Shown here piece after piece: positions 51,925 through 60,600 of a DNA stretch of 64,000 nt. The notes under the pieces were generated by a model. The model made no database searches and had not been told where the DNA came from. It saw nothing but the letters and a program-made list of their open reading frames with translations. The translations under genes and the position numbers were made by a program. This DNA comes from Deinococcales bacterium (GTDB lineage Bacteria > Deinococcota > Deinococci > Deinococcales > JAAFIG01): NCBI GenBank assembly GCA_043778225.1, contig JAYWGM010000072.1:1-64000 (forward strand). Reading direction: 5' to 3'. The first letter of the stretch is position 1, and every line of letters begins with the position of its first letter.

Positions 51925-52740
51925 CTAGCCCAGCAATTCACGTAAAAACCGAACACTCTGGCGCACCCCATCTACCCCATCGTTAATCTCAAGGTTGATT
52001 GTGCCAGTAAAGCCGCGCAGCCAATCGCGCAAATCCTGCCACGGCACACCGTTTAGACTGCCAAGGGTGTGATGTGCATCCCTTGTGCCGTCGTTGTCTT
52101 GAAGGTGCAAATGAATGGTGTTGCTTAATCCATGCACATACTCGAGTAGCCTTGCTCTCCCCTGCTCGAGTCCACCCGTGCCAGTCCCGTCCTCTATGTT
52201 GGTTGTACAACCCTCGACCAGCGCATGACCGACATCTATGCAGTTGCCCCAGCCAATGCCTTTGGTAATCGTCTCGAGTTCGTTTGCACCGCGCAGCAAG
52301 TCGTAACCATCAAGCGCCAGATTCTCGAGCGCAATCGGAACAAGTGGCACAATTTCGGATAAACTCTGCTCGAGTTTGGCTTTGGCAAAAGGCAAAATCA
52401 TCTCATGGCGCATCGGGACTAAGCCACTGTGCAGCACCGCACAGATGGCGTTTATTTCGGCAGCATACTCGAGTCCACGGTTGGTACGCACAACACTGTT
52501 TTCGCGCACCCCCGGAAAAAGACTGGCAAGGTTTAAGTCAACATACGATAAATGTACGGTCACACCAATGCCCGTGGCTCGAGTCAGTTCTCGAATCAGT
52601 TTGATGTCTTGGGCGGCGGGCAGTAACTCGTGGGCATCAAACGACAACTCGACAAAATCTAACTCGAGTTCGGCAGCCAACTTAAAGGCTTCGGTGGTGT
52701 CCAAAATCATCGCATTGAGTGGTGTAAAACCAAGCCGCAT
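51925..52740 (-). CDS. Sugar phosphate isomerase/epimerase (xylose isomerase-like TIM barrel)
   Basis: ALEN, CIDVGH, HLHLQDNDG..DAH, NLE. Confidence 0.85.
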   Translation of the reverse strand: MRLGFTPLNAMILDTTEAFKLAAELELDFVELSFDAHELLPAAQDIKLIRELTRATGIGVTVHLSYVDLNLASLFPGVRENSVVRTNRGLEYAAEINAICAVLHSGLVPMRHEMILPFAKAKLEQSLSEIVPLVPIALENLALDGYDLLRGANELETITKGIGWGNCIDVGHALVEGCTTNIEDGTGTGGLEQGRARLLEYVHGLSNTIHLHLQDNDGTRDAHHTLGSLNGVPWQDLRDWLRGFTGTINLEINDGVDGVRQSVRFLRELLG

Positions 52741-53960
52741 TACCTGACCGCCAAGGCGCGGCGTTGGGCTTCCTCGAGTGCCGATTTTACGTCTGTGCCA
52801 CCTTTCAGGATTCGTTCAAGGGCATCCTCGAGGATGATTTTCTGGGCAGCATACTGCGGCGTGCGCGGGCGCGGTACGGCTTCGTCAAATTGCTCGAAAG
52901 CCACTTTACGGTAGGGGTTTTCTTTATACCAATCTGCCAAGAGCGGCAGCACACTGCGGCGCACTGGCACATAATACCCAGCCTTGGTCCAACGCACGAT
53001 GTTCTCGGGTTTCATCAAAAATTGCCAAAATGCCCAAGCGCCAGTCCGTTCCTCGAGACTGGCATCTTTTAAGACCACCAGTTGCGCTCCGCCAAACGGC
53101 ACAACCCGCTTACTGACAATCGGCATTGGGGCAACCCCAAGTTCAAACGCCACGCTATAGGGCAGAATATCGGGCCAATTGGCGATGCTGGCAATTGCCA
53201 TCTGGGCTTTGGTGCGAACAAAATCCAGAATTGCAAATTGGGCTTCGCCTAGGCTGCGTGGAATCGCCGCACCCTGCTTGACCAAATCCTGCAAAAACTG
53301 CGCCGCCTCGAGAACTTCTTTGCTGTTAAAATTGGCTTGCCCGTTGGGCAAAACCACATTGCCACCTCGGGTTAAAACCATCTGCTCGAACTGCCAAGAA
53401 TCAGCCACGGCAATAAAGCCTTTGCCTGTGCGGTTGGTCAGGGTTTTGGCTAAAATCGCAAATTCTGCCCAAGTGTTTGGTGGGCGCAGACCCTTGGATT
53501 TTAAGAGCGAAGCATTGTAAAACAGCACCGGCGTACTCGAGTTCCACGGTAAGCCATAACGTTTGCCTTCATAAATGCCATAATTCCAAACGGCTGGAAA
53601 GAAATCTTTTTCTATTGATGGCTCGAGGTTTTTTTCAAATGGCGCAAGGTCGGCAAGGACACCATCTTCGGCAAGTTTTGGAAAGAAACCTATTTCGGCT
53701 TGGAACATCGTTGGCGCAGTGTTGGCACGAAGCGCAGCCACCAATTTAGTGGCGCTTTGGATGTACGAACCGACCTCTTGGGCATCCACTTGATACTGAT
53801 TTTGCGAGGCATTAAATTCCAAAGCAAAAGCATCAACAGTTTTATCTGCCCCTGCCATGCTGTGCCAAAAAACCACTTTGGTTGGGTTGCGTTGGGCTTG
53901 TGCCACCAATAATGCCGAAGTCACCACTGCGGCAGCCACAAAAAACACTTGACGATTCAT
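52740..53960 (-). CDS. ABC transporter substrate-binding protein (UgpB-like)
   Basis: FWHSM, YGLPWNSSTPVLFYN, GYYVPVR. Confidence 0.88.
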   Translation of the reverse strand: MNRQVFFVAAAVVTSALLVAQAQRNPTKVVFWHSMAGADKTVDAFALEFNASQNQYQVDAQEVGSYIQSATKLVAALRANTAPTMFQAEIGFFPKLAEDGVLADLAPFEKNLEPSIEKDFFPAVWNYGIYEGKRYGLPWNSSTPVLFYNASLLKSKGLRPPNTWAEFAILAKTLTNRTGKGFIAVADSWQFEQMVLTRGGNVVLPNGQANFNSKEVLEAAQFLQDLVKQGAAIPRSLGEAQFAILDFVRTKAQMAIASIANWPDILPYSVAFELGVAPMPIVSKRVVPFGGAQLVVLKDASLEERTGAWAFWQFLMKPENIVRWTKAGYYVPVRRSVLPLLADWYKENPYRKVAFEQFDEAVPRPRTPQYAAQKIILEDALERILKGGTDVKSALEEAQRRALAVR

Positions 53961-54112
53961 GAAAAACCTCCAGATTTGGAATTCTAGGATTCTACTGTGA
54001 ATTGAAGGTCAGGTGGAAGAAGCCTGCGCCATCTTACCGAGCATCCCTAAGCGCTTTGGGCATTATGAAAACTCGAGCCAAAGCGCTACAGTTAGCTTAG
54101 GAGAAAATTATT

Positions 54113-54844
54113 ATGGCAAAACTGAATCAAATCATCGCCGTCGAAAAAGGTGTCAAAAGCCGCTCGTTTCAAGAACTAACCGAGGCGCATCATGCCTTGC
54201 AAAAACCAACGCTGCTCTCGGGAATCTCGAGAACCTACCGCCCCAAGGACGAAGAAGGCGAGACCCTGCCACCAGAATCCACCAAGGTACAAATTAAATC
54301 TGAGGATGTGTTACGCCAAACAGCCAGTATTTTAACGCGCTTATTCGATGTAACCGCCAGCAAGGACTGGGCAAACTGCGTGGCTAAGGCAAGTGTGATG
54401 ATTGAAGGGCGTACTATTTTATCCGATGTTCCAATTACTTATTTGCTGTTTTTAGAAAAGCAACTGACCGATATTCATACTTTTGTCAAAAAATTACCTG
54501 TGCTGGATGCCTCAGAAAGCTGGGTTTTTGATGCTTCTGCCGATTGCTGGGCGACCGAACCAGTGCAAACCCTACGAACCAAGAAAATTCCACGCAACCA
54601 CGTTAAAGCCGAAGCCACCGAAAAACACCCTGCCCAAGTTGAAGTCTATTACGAGGATGTAACCGTCGGGTTTTGGCGCACCTTGAAATTTTCGGGCGCA
54701 ATGCCAGCCAAGCGGGTCAATGAACTACTCGAGCGGGTCGAGAAGCTCCAAGCTGCCGTTAAATTTGCTCGAGAAGAAGCCAATGGCGTGGAAATTTCTG
54801 AGCAAAAAATAGGTGAGCGCTTCTTTGAGTACCTGCTGGGCTGA
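54113..54844 (+). CDS. Conserved uncharacterised protein (recalled as a DUF7873-like family of Actinobacteria and phages)
   Basis: AGGAG RBS; KLNQIIAVEKG, GISRTY.PKDEEG, YLLFLEKQL, ATEKHPAQV, AVKFAREEAN; family name from memory. Confidence 0.8.
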   Translation: MAKLNQIIAVEKGVKSRSFQELTEAHHALQKPTLLSGISRTYRPKDEEGETLPPESTKVQIKSEDVLRQTASILTRLFDVTASKDWANCVAKASVMIEGRTILSDVPITYLLFLEKQLTDIHTFVKKLPVLDASESWVFDASADCWATEPVQTLRTKKIPRNHVKAEATEKHPAQVEVYYEDVTVGFWRTLKFSGAMPAKRVNELLERVEKLQAAVKFAREEANGVEISEQKIGERFFEYLLG

Positions 54845-54868
54845 TTTTGCACAAAGCCAAGCAGTCAG

Positions 54869-54897
54869 TTGCCAGCGACTCGAGACCTTGCTACAAT
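54869..54897 (+). promoter_or_regulatory. Sigma70 promoter for the ncRNA
   Basis: TTGCCA-N17-TACAAT with extended TG; no credible CDS downstream. Confidence 0.8.
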
Positions 54898-54903
54898 ACT
54901 CGA

Positions 54904-55258
54904 GAAGTGCAAGCTAAAGAAATGAAGCTGAAACTCAATCGAGGTTTACGGTAAAAGTGCAGGTTCGAGTCCTGCGACCGCCACCAGATGGCGGGATAGC
55001 CCAATTGGTAGAGGCAACCGACCTCAAAACGAATTTTAGATTATCACTTCAAGCTAACGCATTCACTGCCGAACACCAAGTCAAACGCTCAAAGTCGGCA
55101 ATCGTTGGATACGGGTTCAATCCCTGTCCGCTGCTTTACGCAGTGGTAGTTTAATGGCAGAACACGACGATCTCAGAATGAACCTTGGGCTTAAACGTAT
55201 TGGTGTGTGCAAATGGGCAGTAAACCTGAACCGTGGCGATGGATACTCGCCACGGTTC
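54904..55258 (+). ncRNA. Structured RNA with two circularly permuted tRNA-like domains
   Basis: Module 1 54941-55025 and module 2 55101-55171, each T-arm > closed acceptor hairpin > UA > D-arm; 12-bp 3' hairpin 55228-55258. Confidence 0.8.
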
Positions 55259-55276
55259 TCCTGCTATACTCAAGTC

Positions 55277-55624
55277 ATGAGGCGAATTTTACTGCTGGGA
55301 TTGGTGTTTTTTGGTTCTTTGGGTCTGGCGCAAATTGCTGGTGGTTTTAACACAGCCGATGTGAAAGACCCCGAAGTGATTGCGGCGGCAAAATTTGCGC
55401 TTGCCGCCAAAAATACCAACATGAACCGCTCGGGCGCTCGAGCTTATACACTGCTCGAGCTTCAAAAAGCCCAAGTCCAAGTCGTGGCTGGCTTAAATTA
55501 CCAAGTTTGTGTCAAAGTTAAACTCGGCAGTATTGTGCGTACCGCCGATGCTTTGGTGTATCAAAATTTACAGCAAAACTACAGTTTAAGCAGTTGGACT
55601 TGGAATAAATGCACCATTAAGTAG
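55277..55624 (+). CDS. Secreted cystatin-like protease inhibitor
   Basis: Signal peptide, AGG, QVVAG (QxVxG) motif; TGnTATACT 6 nt before ATG. Confidence 0.8.
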   Translation: MRRILLLGLVFFGSLGLAQIAGGFNTADVKDPEVIAAAKFALAAKNTNMNRSGARAYTLLELQKAQVQVVAGLNYQVCVKVKLGSIVRTADALVYQNLQQNYSLSSWTWNKCTIK

Positions 55625-55655
55625 CGCTGCTCGAGTCGCTTTGGTCTATAGCTTC

Positions 55656-56213
55656 TCAATGCAAGCAGTCCGAATGCTTAAATACCTCGAGCAGCACAGG
55701 TTTTGGTGTCACCCGAGAAATAACTGGGGCAAAAATATGACCTAGATGAAAGGTTTTTTGAACACAACTCGAGAGTCGAAAACGCCCAGCCAGAAAACGA
55801 AACGAGACTTTGCTCCAACCTCGCCAACCCGAACCCGCAAACTCGAGGACAGAAAAGCCATCTGGCTCGAGGCTAATTCGTGCAAAATTATGGTCTGTCC
55901 GCGCCCATGGGTCGCCAGCTACACCGCCACAAGCCGCACAGGCAACAATCCCATCGGCTCGAGCTACACGCTTCAAATGACCTTGGGCATTTCGCAAAAA
56001 AATCAGTATTGGGCGAGGCGTATCAGGGTTTGTGGCTTCATCCCATGACCGCGCCAAAACAATTACATCGCTTCGTCCATCGTTGTTCATATCACCCAAA
56101 AAAACCCGCATAATCGCATGACGGGCTGGCAAACCACGTTGCAAGACTGCTTGGTCTCGAGAAATCGCAAAAACAGGCAAAGCAAAAAGCAACACCAGCA
56201 GCGCTCGCCTCAT
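55656..56213 (-). CDS. Hypothetical secreted protein
   Basis: Signal peptide; GDMNNDGRSD; CAACGGVAGDP. Confidence 0.7.
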   Translation of the reverse strand: MRRALLVLLFALPVFAISRDQAVLQRGLPARHAIMRVFLGDMNNDGRSDVIVLARSWDEATNPDTPRPILIFLRNAQGHLKRVARADGIVACAACGGVAGDPWARTDHNFARISLEPDGFSVLEFAGSGWRGWSKVSFRFLAGRFRLSSCVQKTFHLGHIFAPVISRVTPKPVLLEVFKHSDCLH

Positions 56214-57142
56214 ACACTTTCCACAGGCACAGGTACTCGAGCAAGGAGTTCTTTGACCAAACCCTCGGCAGTCACACCGCGCAATCTGGCTTCAGCACGA
56301 AGCATCAGGCGGTGTGATAAAACAGCCACAGCCGCTCGTTTAATATCGTCTGGCAAAACAAAAGACCGCCCTGCGATGCTCGCTAAGCCTTGGGCAATGC
56401 CCTGTAGTGCTAGGCTGGCTCGAGGGCTTGCACCAAGGTACACTTCGGACAATGCCCGTGTGCCGTGAACCAAGCGCACAATGTATTGGCGCAGTTCTGG
56501 CTCGAGATGGACTTGGCGGCTTTTGGCTTGTGCGGTTAGCAATTCCTCGCTACTCGAGACTGCCATTAAAAGACCAATTGGATGTAGCCCACGCAGTCGG
56601 TGCAGCACCTCGAGTTCTTCTTCGGCAGTTGGATAACCAAGGGTACAACGCACCAAAAAGCGGTCGAGTTGGGCTTCGGGCAAACGGTATGTGCCGTCCA
56701 TTTCGACTGGATTTTGGGTGGCAATCACAATAAATGGCTTGGGCAAACTCCGTGTTTCGCCGTCAGCGCTAACTTGTCCTTCTGCCATTGCCTCGAGCAG
56801 TGCCGATTGGGTCTTTGGGGTAGCACGGTTAATTTCGTCTGCCAAAAGTAAATTGGTAAAGACTGGACCCGCCAAAAATTCAAAACCAGTCCCACGGTAA
56901 ACACTGACCCCTGTCACATCCGAGGGCAGTAAGTCTGGCGTGAATTGAACCCGCTTAAAGCCTAAGCCCAGCGAAACCGCCAAGGCTCGAGCCAACATCG
57001 TTTTTCCTGTCCCCGGCACGTCCTCGAGCAGCACATGACCACCCGCGAGGATTGCCGCCAAAGTTATCTCGAGGGTGGAATCTCGTCCAACAATCACTTT
57101 TGCCACATTTGTTTTAATCCGATTTGCAAACTCTTGAATCAT
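56210..57142 (-). CDS. moxR: MoxR family AAA ATPase
   Basis: EDVPGTGKT, RVQFTPDLLPSD, LADEINRA, ATQNP, LPEAQLDRF. Confidence 0.93.
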   Translation of the reverse strand: MIQEFANRIKTNVAKVIVGRDSTLEITLAAILAGGHVLLEDVPGTGKTMLARALAVSLGLGFKRVQFTPDLLPSDVTGVSVYRGTGFEFLAGPVFTNLLLADEINRATPKTQSALLEAMAEGQVSADGETRSLPKPFIVIATQNPVEMDGTYRLPEAQLDRFLVRCTLGYPTAEEELEVLHRLRGLHPIGLLMAVSSSEELLTAQAKSRQVHLEPELRQYIVRLVHGTRALSEVYLGASPRASLALQGIAQGLASIAGRSFVLPDDIKRAAVAVLSHRLMLRAEARLRGVTAEGLVKELLARVPVPVESV

Positions 57143-58539
57143 AGATTTTCCTTTCTAAGCACACCTACGACCTGAGCCGCGATTTCAGCTTTGAGCGCAT
57201 GGGTTTCGTCTGCCAATTGACCATACCTAACAGGTTCATATAAATGCGTTAAGGTGGTTACAGCTTCTTGGGTTTCTGGATTCTTTTCGGCATAACGTCT
57301 GGCAAATTCAAGTGGGGTTTCGGCTTGGGTGCGGGGAATTCCTTGGGCTTGGGCATACTCAAGGAAGGTTTGATAGGCAACTCGGACACGATTGGTGGCA
57401 CTTTGGCTTGGGATACTCGAGAAAAGTACATTATCTGGCTCTTTATCTGGCTCGAGACGATACTGTTTGCCAAGACGACGAAAAAGCAAATAAGCAAAAA
57501 GTAGAGCAATCGCTGCCAGCCCAAACGGTATCCAAGTGCGTTGGGCTGTCACGATTGGCGGTGCTTGGGTTGTGGCTTCTTCTGGGGCAGCGATTCCAGG
57601 CTGTCCACCTTGGCTCGAGAATGGTGTATCTGTACCAATACTTGGGTTTGAGCCTCCATTTGGGGCATTGAGTGCCAATGCAAAAAATGCCGTTGCCAGA
57701 ATAAAAAATGCAATAATTGGCATTAAATCCCAGAGTGAATTCTTGGTTTTTTTGCCTTGCTCGAGTTGCCGATTAAACAAAAAAAATGCAAGCAGCACAA
57801 CAAAAAAGTACAACACGGCAGTGGATGCCATCAATAACGAATCTTGGGTTTGGTCTATTCGGCTGGTGTTTGGCACTTTTATGGGTTGCCCAGAGGTGGC
57901 TTCAATCGGCATTTTTGGTAGTTCTCGAGGTTGGGCTGGTTGGGCTGCCTGAATTGGCGTTCCACCTGTTGGGTCTTGGAAGGCGCTTGGAACGGGTAAA
58001 ATCAAGCCCAGACTGGCAATAAAAACTGTTCCAGCCGCCAACCAGACCAAATGCAGCCTTTGCAGTTGATATGGATTTATGCCAATAAAACGTTGTTGCT
58101 TCTCGAGGGCAGCCAAAATTGCCAAGCCAAATAGCGCAACCATACCAAAGACACTCGGGGCAAAGAGCAATAACAATAACGGCGCAAGCCATGCCCAAAT
58201 GGTGCTATCTTGAACACCATCCAATGCCATACCAAGCCCATAACCCAAAACCAGCACCATAAAAAATGGCTCGAGACGATTAAATAAATTGTTGGGAAAG
58301 TCAAAAGGAGGCAAAAGAACCACCGCCAAGGCAGCATAGACACTCGAGAAAATTGCGTATGGTCTCGAGCCTTGATTGATTCGAGCCAGCCACGCAAAAA
58401 GCGCCGCCAAGAGCGCAGGAAACCAGCCTACCAGCATAAACCACGGTATGGCTGCCAGCACCAGCAACGCCAATGCCATCAGGCTGCGTGGCTGAAAGCG
58501 GATAGCATCGGCGGTATGAATCACAGTATAAGTTACCAT
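57139..58539 (-). CDS. DUF4129-containing membrane protein
   Basis: TM helices; C-terminal ETPLEFA..LTHLYEPVRYG. Confidence 0.8.
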   Translation of the reverse strand: MVTYTVIHTADAIRFQPRSLMALALLVLAAIPWFMLVGWFPALLAALFAWLARINQGSRPYAIFSSVYAALAVVLLPPFDFPNNLFNRLEPFFMVLVLGYGLGMALDGVQDSTIWAWLAPLLLLLFAPSVFGMVALFGLAILAALEKQQRFIGINPYQLQRLHLVWLAAGTVFIASLGLILPVPSAFQDPTGGTPIQAAQPAQPRELPKMPIEATSGQPIKVPNTSRIDQTQDSLLMASTAVLYFFVVLLAFFLFNRQLEQGKKTKNSLWDLMPIIAFFILATAFFALALNAPNGGSNPSIGTDTPFSSQGGQPGIAAPEEATTQAPPIVTAQRTWIPFGLAAIALLFAYLLFRRLGKQYRLEPDKEPDNVLFSSIPSQSATNRVRVAYQTFLEYAQAQGIPRTQAETPLEFARRYAEKNPETQEAVTTLTHLYEPVRYGQLADETHALKAEIAAQVVGVLRKENL

Positions 58540-58683
58540 TTGTGGTCAAACTTTGACTGGCAGTAGTACAAAAACCCGATTGAACCATTTTGCTCAAGGC
58601 TGCGTACTTTATCCCGAGGATGCCCAATGACACTGGCTTATTTTCCAATAACAATGCCAAACTTTACGGTTAAAATACCAACT

Positions 58684-59256
58684 ATGGGTTCTTTGCCAGA
58701 TTTGTCGGATGCCGATTTGGTGGCTCGGTTTCTTTGGCGCGATGAAGCCGCTCTATCCGAAATTTATGACCGTTACTCGAGTCTGCTGTTTGGCTTAGCA
58801 ATACGGGTTTCGGGGTCTAAAGAACGCGCCGAAGAAGTTGTTCAGGATACCTTTATGAAACTTTGGCGCAACCCCAGTTTGTTTGACCCTAACCGCGCGG
58901 CACTATCTACTTTTTTAATCACGCTGGTTCGCAATGCCGCCATAGATACTTTGCGCCGCCAGCGTTACAGCAGCCCACTCGAGGACGAATCTGGCGAACC
59001 CTTGCCAATTGCCAGCCAGATTGCCACCCCACTTGAGCAAGCCGAACTGGCACAGACCGCCGTGCGGGTTCGAGCCGCCATGACCGAATTATCCGAAGCC
59101 CACCGCCGCACCGTTGAATTGGCATATTTTCAGGGTGCATCTCGAGAAGAAATTGCGCTAGAAATGAATGTGCCACTTGGCACAGTCAAAAGCCGCTTAA
59201 AATATGCCTTAGATAAACTCCGCGCCACCCTTGGCGAACTCTGGGGGACAGCATGA
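58684..59256 (+). CDS. ECF sigma factor (SigK-like)
   Basis: ALSEIYDRY, AEEVVQDTF, RNAAID, PLGTVKSRL. Confidence 0.9.
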   Translation: MGSLPDLSDADLVARFLWRDEAALSEIYDRYSSLLFGLAIRVSGSKERAEEVVQDTFMKLWRNPSLFDPNRAALSTFLITLVRNAAIDTLRRQRYSSPLEDESGEPLPIASQIATPLEQAELAQTAVRVRAAMTELSEAHRRTVELAYFQGASREEIALEMNVPLGTVKSRLKYALDKLRATLGELWGTA

Positions 59257-60467
59257 TTCAAGAATTACTGCCCGCCGTGGCACTTGGGATTGCCACACCC
59301 GAAGAAATACGACTGGTCAAAACCGCCCTCGAGACGGATACTGCTTTGCAAGCCGAGTACGCTCAAATCCAAATGGCACTGGTTGGTCTTGGGGCTGGGG
59401 CTGGTCTCGAGCCGCCAAGCGACCTCAAAGCCAAAGTGCTAAAAAACGCTCGAGCCAGTCTGCCACGCACCAGCCATCCAAGACCGCGAGTTCGGGTTGT
59501 ATCGCGTTCGCCACGTTTGCCTCTGGCTTTCCCTTGGGTAATGGCTGGACTTTTGGCGACGCTAACAGCCGTGGTGGTCTTTTTTGCCCAACCAGCCAGC
59601 CAAATCAATGCCACCACACTGGCAACCACTTTGGATGGCAGCATTATCTATGCCAATTCTGGGGCAATGTCACGGGTTATACCTGTGGTCTTTGTGCGTT
59701 CGGATGGCTCGAGCCTGCCAATCAAATTTAGCACCAACAAAGAGAGCCAATTCAAAGCCGCCATCTCGAGCGACGGCTTAACCTATTTACTCGACAGCGC
59801 CAATAGCACAGTTTTTATTATCGAAGAAAAAACGGGAACCTTAATAGACCGTTGGCTTGTCCCCGAAAATGCCACCGCCATGGATGTGGTCGGAAATACT
59901 GTGGTGGTACGCTCAAATCTGGTAGCACTAATTTTTCGACGCAATCAAAGCGGCGAAAAAAGCATGGTCGAAGCACGGCTCTCGAGCAGCAGCAAACCCA
60001 ATGCCAGCCCAGAAGCCGCCGTCATAGATGGAAACAATCTATACACCACCGACCAAGTAGCTGGGGTGATTCATGTCTTGAGCAGCCAGACTGGACAAGA
60101 AAAAACGCAGTTTGAAGCCCCCGAAAAACCGATTTCGTTGGCGGTCAGAAATGGCTTGTGGGTCTTAGATGCCGCCGGCGAATTGCTAAAACTCGAATTA
60201 GCAACAGGTATGGTTCTCGAGCGAATACCGCTTGAAGGCACACCGCAGTTGTTGCGCCTCACTGACCAATATGCCTTTGTTGCTGACCAAGAAGGATTTA
60301 TGAGCGTAATTGATTTGACCAAAAAAGCGGTTACTGCCCGTAAACGCTTGCAAAATCCAGCCATGGGATTATCAATCATGCCCGATGGACACTTGGCGGT
60401 TGCCCTCGAGAAACGTGGGATTATTGTGCTGGACGATAAACTCGAGATGATTAAGCAAATCAACTGA
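59253..60467 (+). CDS. Anti-sigma factor with extracytoplasmic beta-propeller
   Basis: ELLPAVALG..PPSDLKAKVL N-terminus, one TM, beta-repeat C-terminus; coupled to sigma. Confidence 0.75.
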   Translation: MIQELLPAVALGIATPEEIRLVKTALETDTALQAEYAQIQMALVGLGAGAGLEPPSDLKAKVLKNARASLPRTSHPRPRVRVVSRSPRLPLAFPWVMAGLLATLTAVVVFFAQPASQINATTLATTLDGSIIYANSGAMSRVIPVVFVRSDGSSLPIKFSTNKESQFKAAISSDGLTYLLDSANSTVFIIEEKTGTLIDRWLVPENATAMDVVGNTVVVRSNLVALIFRRNQSGEKSMVEARLSSSSKPNASPEAAVIDGNNLYTTDQVAGVIHVLSSQTGQEKTQFEAPEKPISLAVRNGLWVLDAAGELLKLELATGMVLERIPLEGTPQLLRLTDQYAFVADQEGFMSVIDLTKKAVTARKRLQNPAMGLSIMPDGHLAVALEKRGIIVLDDKLEMIKQIN

Positions 60468-60600
60468 TGGGCTTACAAACCAAGTACCCTATGGGTTTCA
60501 AACCAAGTACCCTATGGGCTTCAAACCAAGTACCCTATGGGCTTCAAACCAAGTACCCTATGGGCTTACAAACCAAGTACCCTATGGGCTTACAAACCAA
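60467..60600. repeat. 23-24-bp tandem array x~5.7 between convergent stops
   Basis: Unit atgggctt(a)caaaccaagtaccct. Confidence 0.92.

Noticed and set aside
54990..55135. Intron-containing or ordinary tRNA formed from the 5' half of module 1 and the 3' half of module 2
   Set aside because: Acceptor register is off, there is no anticodon arm, CCA or group I core, and the local permuted hairpins pair better and explain all four halves.
54904..55258. tmRNA, RNase P, SRP or 6S RNA
   Set aside because: No G3-U70 Ala acceptor or tag ORF; full D-arms are present; no RNase P or SRP signature motifs.
54957..55276. ORF 54957-55154 and the N-terminal extension of ORF 55154
   Set aside because: These translate structured RNA, lack an RBS, and the cystatin signal peptide starts at 55277.
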